Shown one piece after another: positions 34,447 through 45,400 of a stretch of DNA of 64,000 bases. A program made the position numbers and the translations under genes. The DNA is from an uncultured Methanosarcinaceae archaeon (GTDB lineage Archaea; Halobacteriota; Methanosarcinia; Methanosarcinales; Methanosarcinaceae): NCBI GenBank assembly GCA_963833425.1, contig CAWHXP010000003.1, positions 352,001 to 416,000 of the forward strand, in the 5' to 3' direction. The notes under the pieces are model-generated. The model had not been told where the DNA came from and did not search any database. It saw only the letters and a list, made by a program, of their open reading frames with translations. How positions within the stretch are numbered: the first letter of the stretch is position 1; every line of letters starts with the position of its first letter.

Positions 34447-35454
34447 ATGGTTAAAGCAAAGATTGCAGTAAATGGGTACGGAACAATTGGAAAAAGAGTT
34501 GCAGATGCTGTTAGGGCTCAGGAAGACATGGAAGTTATCGGAATTTCCAAGACAAAGCCGAACTATGAAGCTGCAGTAGCACACAAGCTAGGGTATGATA
34601 TATACGCACCTGCTGAAAATATCGAAGCTTTTGGGAAGGCAGGAATACCTTCCGCAGGAACCATTCAAGAAATGATCGAAAAAGCCGACCTTGTTGTGGA
34701 CTGCACTCCAGGAGGAGTAGGGGAAAAAAATAAGCCTTTATATGAAAAAGCTGGAGTAAAAGCAATTTGGCAGGGGGGAGAGAGTCATCAGCTGACAGGT
34801 TTCTCCTTTAATGCGGTCAGTAATTATGATAAGGCTTTGGGTCGTGACCTTATGAGGGTGGTCTCGTGCAATACCACCGGACTCTGCAGAGTAATATCCC
34901 CGATAGACAGCGAATTAGGAGTAAAGAAAGTTAGGGTAACTGTTACAAGGAGGGCTGTAGACCCTAACGATATTAAAAAGGGGCCTGTTAATGCAATTGT
35001 ACTTAACCCCGTCAAACTTCCGTCTCACCATGGACCTGATGTAAGGAGCGTGCTGCCGAACATCAATATCACATCCGCAGCGCTAATAGTTCCAACAACT
35101 CTCATGCACATGCATACTGTAAATATGGAAATTAACACTGACTGCACTGCAGAAGATATCAAGAAAATTTTCAGTTCCCAGTCCAGAATACATTTCATAG
35201 GACAAGGTATCACTTCAACAGCAGAAATAATAGAAGTTGGTAGGGACATAAAGCGCCCCAGAAATGATATGTGGGAGAACTGCATCTGGCCTGAGTCCAT
35301 AACAGTTAATGAGCAGGAGCTCTACTTCTTCCAAGCCATCCACCAGGAGTCTATTGTAGTTCCCGAAAATGTGGATGCTATAAGGGCCATGATGGAACTG
35401 GAAAGTGAGGGTGCAAAGTCGATTGAGAAAACAAATAAAGCCATTGGACTGTAA
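34447..35454 (+). CDS. gap: Glyceraldehyde-3-phosphate dehydrogenase, archaeal type II
   Basis: VNGYGTIGKRVADA, VVSCNTTGL catalytic motif, SHHGPDV, HQESIVVPENVDAIRA. Confidence 0.96.
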   Translation: MVKAKIAVNGYGTIGKRVADAVRAQEDMEVIGISKTKPNYEAAVAHKLGYDIYAPAENIEAFGKAGIPSAGTIQEMIEKADLVVDCTPGGVGEKNKPLYEKAGVKAIWQGGESHQLTGFSFNAVSNYDKALGRDLMRVVSCNTTGLCRVISPIDSELGVKKVRVTVTRRAVDPNDIKKGPVNAIVLNPVKLPSHHGPDVRSVLPNINITSAALIVPTTLMHMHTVNMEINTDCTAEDIKKIFSSQSRIHFIGQGITSTAEIIEVGRDIKRPRNDMWENCIWPESITVNEQELYFFQAIHQESIVVPENVDAIRAMMELESEGAKSIEKTNKAIGL

Positions 35455-35679
35455 GTCTCGAATGATAATTCAGCTTTTAAGGATTTTGGGTATTCAATCT
35501 GAATGTTCGAAATCCATTTTTATTAGATACTGATTTCCATATCCGATAATTCTGCATTTTTAAGTAGATCTCTTCATTAATATGAAACATGGATGTTCAT
35601 ATACTATATTCTGCATCCTGAAACAAATCGTAGGAAATTTAATTAGAAACATTGGACAAAATATAAAAATACTAGATTC

Positions 35680-35870
35680 AAACTATTTGGAATTATTTGC
35701 AGAGGCTTTCAAAGATGCATCAGATCCCGTTCCCCACCTTGAAGACACTGATACCGAAAGTAGCTTTTCTTGAATGGTTCATCTTAAGACTTTCTGAAAA
35801 TACGCCTTTGGGGTGAGAATTATTGCAGCCCAACGGATATTTGTATAAGAGACATTTAAGATTATTATAA
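35680..35870 (+). pseudogene. Possible remnant of the bifunctional FBPase/inositol monophosphatase
   Basis: Fragments LRLSENTPLG / RIIAA / NGYLYK resemble the IMPase C-terminus; position directly upstream of nadK. Confidence 0.4.
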
Positions 35871-35882
35871 AAAAGGGATAAA

Positions 35883-36710
35883 ATGGCGATAAAAAAAATC
35901 GGTATCTCCTCACGCTGCGATAGGTCTGAAGTAATTGAAATGGTGAAAGAAATTCTTGTACATTTCAGCCCGAAGGTGCAGATTTTTGTCGCCACTCCCA
36001 CAGCTGACATACTTGGAATAGAAGGTACTCCTATTGAAAAAATGAGAGACAAAGGTGTCGAACTGATAATCAGTGTAGGAGGTGACGGCACAGTACTTCG
36101 GAATATTGCCAAGATGAAAGATCCTCTTCCGATACTCGGTATTAATATGGGAACTCTCGGTTTTCTCGCAGACGCGGAACCCGAAGACGCTATCGAAACT
36201 ATAGAAGAAGTTTTATACGGTTTTTCTTATCTAGAAAGGATGCGAGTAGATGTTTTCCTTAACGAAGAAATGATTGAGACCGCAACTAACGAGATTGCTA
36301 TAATGTCAGCAAAACCTGCAAAAATCATCCAATTTCAGGTTCGTATCGGGGATTGCCTTCTTGATGATATACGTGCAGATGGAGTGGTTTTCGCAACCCC
36401 TACAGGCTCGACTGCCTATGCAATGAGCGCAGGCGGTCCTATAGTAAACCCTAGAGTAAATGCGATAGTAGTTGTTCCTGTTGCCCCTTTCAAACTCTCC
36501 TCAAGGCCCTGGGTAATCCCATCTGACAATGAAATAACAGTTAAATTATCAGCCCAAAAAAAGGAAGCTGTCATTGCAATTGACGGACAGAAATCCTATC
36601 GAATCAGGACAGGCGATGTAGTCAAACTTAAAAAATCCAAATACCCAGCACGCTTTGTGAAGATTTCAGATATTTGCTTTTATGAAAGAGTCCAAAGAAA
36701 ACTTACCTGA
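35883..36710 (+). CDS. nadK: NAD kinase
   Basis: SVGGDGTVL, GINMGTLGFL, NE motif, DGVVFATPTGSTAYAMSAGGP. Confidence 0.95.
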   Translation: MAIKKIGISSRCDRSEVIEMVKEILVHFSPKVQIFVATPTADILGIEGTPIEKMRDKGVELIISVGGDGTVLRNIAKMKDPLPILGINMGTLGFLADAEPEDAIETIEEVLYGFSYLERMRVDVFLNEEMIETATNEIAIMSAKPAKIIQFQVRIGDCLLDDIRADGVVFATPTGSTAYAMSAGGPIVNPRVNAIVVVPVAPFKLSSRPWVIPSDNEITVKLSAQKKEAVIAIDGQKSYRIRTGDVVKLKKSKYPARFVKISDICFYERVQRKLT

Positions 36711-36749
36711 TAAAGTATTTTTCAAAATTAAGTTTCTCTTTTGAACTTT

Positions 36750-36835
36750 AAGGATTCAAATAAGCTCCTTAATTATGCTATATTCTTAGAAATAGTATAT
36801 AAATGACTCATTAATCAGAGGTTTATCGAAATCTT
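36750..36835. mobile_element. MITE (~86 bp)
   Basis: AAGGATTCAAATAAGCTCC ... GAGGTTTATCGAAATCTT. Confidence 0.6.
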
Positions 36836-37781
36836 ATATCATTTTTCCTGTAAGCTTGAATTCTTGGAACTTCTCAGCTCAACAAATATTTTCAATCCGA
36901 GTTTGACAGAAGCATACATTTTATGATCAAATTTAGACAGTTCCTATTAATTTCTAATGGGAATCAATTTTATTTTTTAGCTTAAGTTAATTTAACAAGA
37001 CTTATGGATATATAAAATTTGAGAATATATTCTATTGGATGGCCCCCATTTTAGTTACAATTAAGCTATTACTACTAGCAAAATTAGCAAAAATATATTG
37101 TTGATCCCATTTTTCATTAAGTTGATTGTCAGTGTCAGGTTCATCAAACTTTTTGTGATGAATTTTGTAGGCATATATTTATTCTCCTTGGATTCGTACC
37201 CAATTGATTATGGCTCATTTTCCGCGGATATGTACAAGAGTGCGATCTATTCTCTCAAAATAATAGTAGCTTAAAAATTAATCGAACTTTCAATGAATAA
37301 TAGTGAGTAATTGGATAAACAAATTCTAAATTTGCGTATCATCAGAACGTTGGAAGAGCTTTTAACGAGAATAAAAAGGTACATTATGAATGCAAGTATT
37401 AAGTTTAAAGATTAAATTTTGAATAAATTAAAGCATTTGGAGGAATGCTCAATTTTATAATCATGAAAGGAAATTGAGAAAATCTGCCTTCTCTAAACAC
37501 ACAAAAGCAAGAAAAAAGTGATGCAGATACAAAAACACTATCATTTACACTTTAATCCCAATTCCATTTGTAGAACAGTTCCTTCAATAAGTCCAAAAAT
37601 ACAGAGCAAAAGGCGCAGAATTTTAACTGATTACTGTTTAACTAATTTTTGTTACAATTTATCTGCTTGTTTTCAATATAAAGTTTTTTTCATAAAGAGA
37701 AATGGGCCGTATTCTCACTTTTAATGAAGCCGGGATTCCAGTATGAATAAATAATAGTGAGTATAAACTTTCAACCTAAGA

Positions 37782-37808
37782 GTACAACTCAACCTAAGAG
37801 TACAACTT
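37782..37808. repeat. Short tandem duplication
   Basis: Region reads ..CAACCTAAGAGTACAACT CAACCTAAGAGTACAACT.. (18-bp unit twice; coordinates approximate). Confidence 0.6.
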
Positions 37809-38363
37809 TACAGCATTAGCTATCAAATAATTTAGATCAAATATTATAGGTCTTTTAAAATTTAAGAAGATCCAAAATAAAATTAGAAAAACTCCAAATT
37901 CCATTCAACGATATGATTTATTGGATTACTTTTTAACCAAAATCAACCCTTTTCTTTCGATGGTATAATGTTCAAATTCATCTGAATGTTTTACCATTCT
38001 TCAATTTTATCTAGTTTTTGGATTCTGAAAATTCAGGAACAACAGAAAGATAGGAAGTGCATAAGTTAATCCCCCTAAGGAATAAACAATATTATAATTT
38101 AAAGACACTTACATCTTCCAGCACATCTGTATCGGATTTAGATAAACCTTTGCTTTTAGTGAGTCATTTTGAAATCAGCAAATCAGAACTGCTAATTCAT
38201 GGCTATATATATATAGGATAAAGAGCACTTTATTTTTCCCTTATGATTAGCTTATTTTTTTATCGGCTAGAAAATGATAATTATTAAAATTAGTTTTGGA
38301 AAATAGATTTGAGCAATAGAAGTACTTATAGAAATAATTTTATCAAATTCAGGATGACTCAGG

Positions 38364-39635
38364 TTGAAATGGATCAAAAAGTTCTTCGGAAAAAAAGAAT
38401 ATTCCAGTGAAGAAGCTGATGTCAGAGAAATCGATTTTGAAGACCTGCCAGCGTGGCTGGATGATAGTTATCAAAAAATATCCTCCAGAACAGGAAAGGA
38501 TGCTTCAAATCTTTTAAGGAAACTTGAGGTTTTGCTTTTGGAGCTTAAGGAAAGCAATTCCATGCTCTCAGAAGCAAAAGTCAAGGGAGACTTTGATGTC
38601 AGAGCTGTAAAACTAGCCAAGAGCAGTCGAGAAAATGTGACGAAGCAAATCGCAACGCTGATCTATAAAATCAATTTGGTAGAGAATACAGATTTCAGAG
38701 CTCTGAAAGAATTTTACGAGACAGCTATGAAGAACTTTGATATTTGTCTGGAGAATATAGATCGGAGTTTCAAGTATACAAAAGGTGTTTTTCCTCAGGA
38801 GTCAAAAGAAGTTAATGAAAGTCTTTCCAGCTTAGGAAGGGTCTTTAACGATCTTAGAGAAATGATTTTGGAAAACATAACGGAAATAGAAGCTATTGAA
38901 GCAGCTTATTTGGACATGAAAGAAATCCAGAAACTTTCGACTTTAATAGCAGAGGAAAAACGGGAATGTGAGTCTAAAAAGAGACTAATGCGAGCTCTTA
39001 AAGACGAATTAGGCATAGCAAGCCAAGCTGTCGAAGAATTCCGAAAAGAAGATGCATGGAATAATTTGTATAATCTGCAGAAAGAATCAGATACAGTTGA
39101 GAAAAAACTTAGGAAAGCAGAAGAAGATTTGAGTTCTTTTGTACTTTCACTCTCAAGCCATCTCTCCAAAATAAAAAAACTTCACGAAAGTGGCAGATAT
39201 AACTTGAAGCCTGAAGTGAAGCAGCAACTTTATAGCTGTCTTGAAGATCCGATAAATGTTACTTCCTCTTTTTTCCCAGAACTTCAAAAGATTTTTGAAG
39301 ATCCAACCCTGGAGATGCAAAATCAGAAAAAAAATAAAGCTCTGATACAGGTCAAAACTGCAATTTTGGATTTTTCCGAAAGGAATAAAGATTACCTTAA
39401 AGTTCTGCAGGAATTTGAAGCAAAGAAAATTGAAATCGCGGAATTGGATACTGGAAAACTCTTAGCGCTTGAACACAAAGAGGAAGAGCTTCAGAATAGA
39501 TTTCGCTTACTTGAGGAAGATATCGAAAATTCCGAAAAAAAACTAGCCTTTTTAATAAATGAGCTTGAGAACAAGAAGAAAAAACTTTTTGCTAGCATTA
39601 ATTTAATCGATAACTATGTGAAATTGAACTTTTAA
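38364..39635 (+). CDS. Hypothetical coiled-coil protein
   Basis: 423-aa open frame rich in E/K/L heptads, AGGATGA RBS, no catalytic motif recognised. Confidence 0.75.
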   Translation: MKWIKKFFGKKEYSSEEADVREIDFEDLPAWLDDSYQKISSRTGKDASNLLRKLEVLLLELKESNSMLSEAKVKGDFDVRAVKLAKSSRENVTKQIATLIYKINLVENTDFRALKEFYETAMKNFDICLENIDRSFKYTKGVFPQESKEVNESLSSLGRVFNDLREMILENITEIEAIEAAYLDMKEIQKLSTLIAEEKRECESKKRLMRALKDELGIASQAVEEFRKEDAWNNLYNLQKESDTVEKKLRKAEEDLSSFVLSLSSHLSKIKKLHESGRYNLKPEVKQQLYSCLEDPINVTSSFFPELQKIFEDPTLEMQNQKKNKALIQVKTAILDFSERNKDYLKVLQEFEAKKIEIAELDTGKLLALEHKEEELQNRFRLLEEDIENSEKKLAFLINELENKKKKLFASINLIDNYVKLNF

Positions 39636-39843
39636 TCTTAATTTAACAGTTTAATTTTTATGTTTAAAGACTATTTTATATTTGAGATAACTGGGGAATT
39701 TACATTCTGGACAACATATTTTTGATCCAATTTTATTGAGAATACTTGGGAGATAATTCTTTTGCCCTTGATCGTTAATTTTTCAAATTTTAATTGAATT
39801 TTTGATATCGAATTTAACAGATAATATGAATCTTGTAATAAAT

Positions 39844-39932
39844 GGGGATTCCGATTAACCCTAATTTATGGCTTGTTGGTTATAAAGCCCATGTAAGCAA
39901 TTTGTTGAAATGAGAAGTTTAATTAAAAATCT
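39844..39932. mobile_element. MITE (~88 bp), degraded right end
   Basis: GGGGATTCCGATTAACCC left end; interior resembles the 34093 copy. Confidence 0.6.
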
Positions 39933-40279
39933 AAAATATATGATACTGTATTAAAAGTTGAATACCAAAAATAATAAATTGAATAAAAAATGTATACTTA
40001 AATATTCTCCCTAGTATAGGAAATTGGAACTGATAAATAATCAACAATTGGAGTAAATTATAGAATTTTGTCAAGTTATTTTTGACTCAAAGATCAGATT
40101 TCTTTCCACAAAAATATTGATTTATTAAGGTAACAATTAAGCTGTTGACGTTTTCAAAATTAGCAAAGATATACTTTCTGAGCCCATTTTTATAAAATGA
40201 TTATAAGCATCGAATTAATTAGGCTTTTTTGATGAATTCTGCGAACACATGTTTATTTCTCATTCAGATATCATTAGTC

Positions 40280-40367
40280 GAAGAATTCGATAGACTTCGA
40301 ATTTTTCACAAGTGACATATATAATTTATAAGCGTATGACAAAATTCAGAGGTCTATCCAAATTCTC
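40280..40367. mobile_element. MITE (88 bp)
   Basis: GAAGAATTCGATAGACTTC ... GAGGTCTATCCAAATTCTC. Confidence 0.7.
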
Positions 40368-41939
40368 AGAGATGTGATTAATTGAGCAATAAATATTAAG
40401 AAAATAGCTATATAAATAGTCTTTTTTGACCACATCATAAATCCCACATCCCAAAATGTACACAAAATACATAATTATCTCAATATGCAGCGACATAATT
40501 TTCCGTAAATTCTACTAACACATGATTTTTTTATGATTACTATTCCACTACAATATTTAAAAAAAAACCAAGTAATCAAATTGTGAATTTAATCTTTCTT
40601 ATCAAAAATAAAATAATATCTTATGAATGAGGAAATATTAACCATTAACTCGGCACCTTTTTTGTAGTGAAAGAAAAATGACCCACAGTCAATAGATATT
40701 ACAAATTTTTTTTGAATACTGTTTATCAATATGACAGTATCTTAAAATAATCTGACTTTAAATGAATAATAATTGGCAAATAGGCAAAAAATTCCACATG
40801 TATACATCTACAGATCCCTGATAAATGGCCCAATCTAATTTCCTTTATTTAAAGAATTAAACACCACATTAATATAATTATTTTAGGATAGATTTCAAAT
40901 CCCCCTCGCAGTTGAGAAATCCGTGTTTAATTTTAGACAAACAAATCATCTCTATTTACAATCGAACACTCAAATAGTTCGAACGTTTTCTAATCACTAA
41001 GTTCTTCGAGCTTAGTCCTAAAAGAGCAATCAATCTAAATCAAATAGCTGTTTATTCTGAATTTTGATGGTTAAAATAAAAAAAATAATATGTTTTAACT
41101 TTTGTGCATCAATTTCCAAAAACCTACGAAAACGTGACTTTTAAGAGTCAGTGTTTTTGCCCGCACATATGAGCTTTGGTAAGTTCTGGCAGGAAAATTT
41201 TCAAAAAATGATTATTGATAAGTGTAGTAGGCTGAATAAGCCTTCTAAAAAGTCAGACAAAAAAAATTAGGACAAAATTAAACAAGTGGCAATATCAAGT
41301 CAATGAACACCACAGCTATAAATATATCATAAATAAGTACGCTACAACATTAGCAAATAATGCTACTAAAACCTGATTTTGCACATGTGTAATATCTAGC
41401 ACAATGATCACAATTATTACATCACAATCAATACCACTAAAACCAATAGCGAATATAGCACCTATCTCATCAATAATAAGTCTAACCATAGTAGAAATCA
41501 TACCTCTCATCGATTAAATGAGAGCGTGCATAATTTTCTGTAAAAATACGAAAAAGTCATAGGCCCAATGCAGTCAATACTAAAAACATTTGGGAATTAG
41601 TGGTCACTATTCAAAAGTACAAACGTTCAATACGCAGTTTCTTTTGTGGAAAAATCTATGTATTTTTCCAATTTCAGTCAAAACTAAAGGATATTTTTAG
41701 TCAAATTTAGAAAATATCACAAAAAATTTACAGAAAAATCGGCTCACTATTTAAAAACTGATATTTCGATTCCAAGTACAAAAATCACTCGATTTTGAAA
41801 CAGAATTATTTAGTAGCACATAAATAATTTGCATATAATATAAATAGAACTTACCAATAATTATACTTTCAAAAAAACAAATCAGGATGATTAATTAAAA
41901 TATAATATTTAATCATTGAATCTGACGAGGAGAAGTTGA

Positions 41940-42335
41940 TTGGAAGACGGAAAGCATAAAACTTGGGCTAACTTGGCTGAAGGTTTGAGGAACGGACAAA
42001 TTGGAAAACAGCCATATGACAGACTAATAAAAATACTGATTATTTTACTGGCAGTTTTTTTTGTAGTAGTATTAACAGTGACAGTAGCAAACGTATGGGG
42101 CGTGAAAAGCCCCAAATACGAACAAGGCTAGGAAGCAGGCTACAGAGACAGTTACAGAGCCGTTGTCAACAGCAATTCTTATGATATCAAAACTGGTTTA
42201 GGTCAGAATGTTAGCTATAACGAAGGCTACAGAAACGGCTATGATGAAGGCTATCCTGCAGGCCAATTAGATCTAAAAGGCACCACCAATGGGACAATAA
42301 AGACAAGTGACATTACAAATTTTCAACTAAAATAG
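41940..42335 (+). pseudogene. Signal-peptide protein with YxxGY repeats, interrupted by an in-frame TAG
   Basis: GKQPYDRLIKILIILLAVFFVVVLTVTVA signal, then KYEQG*EAGYRDSY...YNEGYRNGYDEGY; frame stays open from the TAG at 42129 to the TAG at 42333; start uncertain. Confidence 0.6.
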
Positions 42336-42729
42336 CAAAGAGCTAATAAATCTAATCTATCTAGCTTCTTTAGGAAAAGCATAATGTTAGATTCAAGACT
42401 CCCGAAATGACATAAATTATCTTTGATATCCAATCGTTTTTTGATTGTGAAAAATATTATGACAAATTATTTTCCGTTTAGAAATTATTTTCCTTATAAT
42501 TAATTTAAATTTCCTTATAATTAATTTAAAGTAACTTGGATGAGAAAAATGGACATTTAAACGGTATCACCAGTACATAAAAAAAATGAAATTTACATCG
42601 GCAGCATATCATCAGTGCATAACAAGAGAATGGAATTTATAACATAAAGACATTTAGACAGTACCACCAGTACATATAAAGAGAGTGGAATTTACAACAT
42701 AAATTAAATAAATTGGACGTGTTTGTTTA

Positions 42730-42871
42730 ATGGAAAACAAGTACTTAACAGAACAAAAAAGATACTGGTTTTTTTAGTTGTGATTTTTTTTTGTAGCATC
42801 ATTGGTAACTGTGGGAGTGAGTGCTGCAGCCCGTCACGGTGGACATGGTGGACACGGAACATCATCACTAG
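42730..42871 (+). pseudogene. Collapsed paralogue of the His/Gly-rich secreted protein
   Basis: ATGGAAAACAAG (one G missing versus ATGGGAAAACAA); KKILVFLVVIFFVASLVTVGVSAAARHGGHGGHG; same 3' end (TAGATATTAAGAACA) as the 46227 gene; core deleted. Confidence 0.8.
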
Positions 42872-43450
42872 ATATTAAGAACACTTGCCGAGTCTAAGAT
42901 CTATTGAGTATGAAATGAAACAGTAACATGGCCATTTTCAAGGCATTGTGAATAAATTCATGATAAGTTGCCTTGAATTGATGGCTATATTTTTATTTTC
43001 CTTGAAGGTTGGTTCCTCATTGTTTTGTGCGGGTTGAAAATAATTATTCAGTTGAAAAAATTCGTTGAAGGATTAATGCGTATTGTACATCCATTTAGAA
43101 AGTGAATTTATTTAATGTTAAATTCTGGAGAGTTCAAAAATAATAAAAAATAAGAATTAATATCTAATTGTTTCTTGAGTGGGAATAATTTTTTGCGGGA
43201 TTATTTTTCGGTTAGGAACTATTTTTCATAGGATTAATTTAAAATAACTACTAGGATAAAATTATGAAAACCCTACAAATTGTAAGAAGCCTAATAAATA
43301 TCCATAACAGCAGTTGCTGTTAGTGCTGCACACAGCCTCAAGACCACGATCACTACTGGCATTACCATTGGCATCTCATCATAACGATGACTGTTAGGTG
43401 TGGGATTGTTAATAGAATAATGACAAAAACTGCAAAAGAGAGAATTGAAA

Positions 43451-44293
43451 ATGAACAAAACTAAATGTGATACAGCAAGTGGAAAGAATACAATCATAAC
43501 GATTTTAGGAATCACTGCATTGGCGCTTTTAATGCTAATGAGTATCGCAAGTGCGACGCAACTAGCAGATATTCCGAAATTTAACAGCAACAATGTCTCT
43601 AATTTAAATAACACACTTGAAAATGACATAAAAACTCAGGACAAAGCAATTGAAATTAATCCAAAAGATTCAATGGTTTGGATCAATAAAGGACTTGATC
43701 TAGATTATTTAAATAAATCTGAGGAAGCGATAAAAGCATATGACAAAGCAATTGAAATTGACCCACAGAATTCAGATGCTTGGATCAATAAAGGACTTGA
43801 TCTAACTGAGTTGAATAAATCTGATGAAGCAATAAAAGCATATGATAAAGCAATTGAAATTGACCCACAGAATTCAGATGCTTGGATCAATAAAGGACTT
43901 GCTCTAACTGAGTTGAATAAATCTGATGAAGCAATAAAAGCATATGATAAAGCAATTGAAATTGACCCACAGAATTCAGATGCTTGGATCAATAAAGGAC
44001 TTGCTCTAACTGAGTTGAATAAATCTGATGAAGCAATAAAAACATATGATAAAGCAATTGAAATTGACCCACAGGATTCAATAGCTTGGAGCAATAAAGG
44101 AAACGCTTTATATGACCTAAATAAATTTGATGAAGCCATTAAAGTATATGATAAAGCAATTGAAATCGACCCACAGAATTCAGATGCTTGGTATAATAAA
44201 GGAGAGGCTTTAGGTAGATTAAATAAATCCGATGAAGCAATAAAAGCACACGACAAAGCGATTGAAATTGACACACAAAATTCAGAAGCTTAG
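43451..44293 (+). CDS. Secreted/membrane-anchored tetratricopeptide repeat protein (6 TPRs)
   Basis: Hydrophobic N-terminus IITILGITALALLMLMSIASA; 34-aa repeats AWINKGLxLTELNKSDEAIKAYDKAIEIDPQNSD. Confidence 0.9.
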   Translation: MNKTKCDTASGKNTIITILGITALALLMLMSIASATQLADIPKFNSNNVSNLNNTLENDIKTQDKAIEINPKDSMVWINKGLDLDYLNKSEEAIKAYDKAIEIDPQNSDAWINKGLDLTELNKSDEAIKAYDKAIEIDPQNSDAWINKGLALTELNKSDEAIKAYDKAIEIDPQNSDAWINKGLALTELNKSDEAIKTYDKAIEIDPQDSIAWSNKGNALYDLNKFDEAIKVYDKAIEIDPQNSDAWYNKGEALGRLNKSDEAIKAHDKAIEIDTQNSEA

Positions 44294-45014
44294 CACAATA
44301 AAAATAATTTATCTAAATAAAACAAATCGCATTAACAGATGCTTGGTATAATAAAGGAACTTTATCTAAATAGATTAAATAAATCCAATTTATAGGTTGA
44401 CTAGTTACTTAATTTTTATTTATTTTTTTTGCTAGATAAATATAGCAACTTTCTCGCTTCCAATCACAAAATACATTTTAAAAAAACCGTTTATTTTCTA
44501 CACAATCAGGTGAAAATATCCTATAATTTTGGGAAGAGATGAGAAAATACATCGATTTTGCCACAAAAACGTTGAATGTGCTGAAAAGACAAGGATTAAG
44601 ATAGTAATGGAGTAGTTGATATAATTGGAGGGCAAAAAGTGAAGAAGAAAGTTTAGCAAATTACTTAACTTGTATGCATCAAACTCTCAACAATGCCATC
44701 CAAGTTACATGGTTGCTATTTTCATGATAAGTTTTTCAGTTAATGAACACTTGCATTTTCATGCATTAAATCAGATAATATTGCCACACCAAGACGGAAC
44801 AAAAAAGATTGATGATGAAACATAGAAGTATCCTGGAAATAACATCAATCAGAGAGTAGAAGATGACCTATGACTATGTTACACTTATTTCATCATTGGA
44901 TACTGGAACTGAGTCAAGAAATAAATAGATACATGTGAAAAACGTCGGATTTAAATTGATATATATATAGCTTAATCTAATTTAATATTCTTCTTTAATT
45001 TTTTCATATTTTAT

Positions 45015-45400
45015 GCTATTTTAGGTTAATTAGTCCAAACATTGCAATACAAATCATGATCAAGCCAGCGATAAAATTGACTTCCCGCTCGAATAAATGA
45101 CCAACTTTAGACCCGAAAATTATACCAATTAAAAGACATAAAAAAGGTTACAAAGCCCATAATAATTGCAGGCTCAATAATAGTTGTCTTGAGGAATGCG
45201 AAGCTCATTCCCACAAAAGGGAATCTATACTTATTGCAACTAGGTGCAAGAAGCACCAAATAACTGAAAGAATTTATCTTTCTTTCCCTGCTTCCATAAA
45301 AAGAAGGATTGAGGAATATAAAGACTGTGCCAAGCTTGCAACCAAATACCAAGCTATCAGATAACATATTACCATAACAATGATTACCAAATTGTGATGT
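45015..45400 (-). pseudogene. MntP-like manganese efflux pump remnant
   Basis: Fragments AISIDS / VGMSFAFLKTTIIEPAIIMGFVTFFMS / LIGIIFGSKVGHLFEREVNFIAGLIMI match the MntP (DUF204) C-terminal half; frameshifted. Confidence 0.6.

Larger units (their letters stand above)
42380..44445 (+). repeat. Duplicated cassette, unit A
   Basis: Colinear with 45990-47921 over promoter, His-rich gene, spacer, small remnant, TPR gene and 3' flank. Confidence 0.85.
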
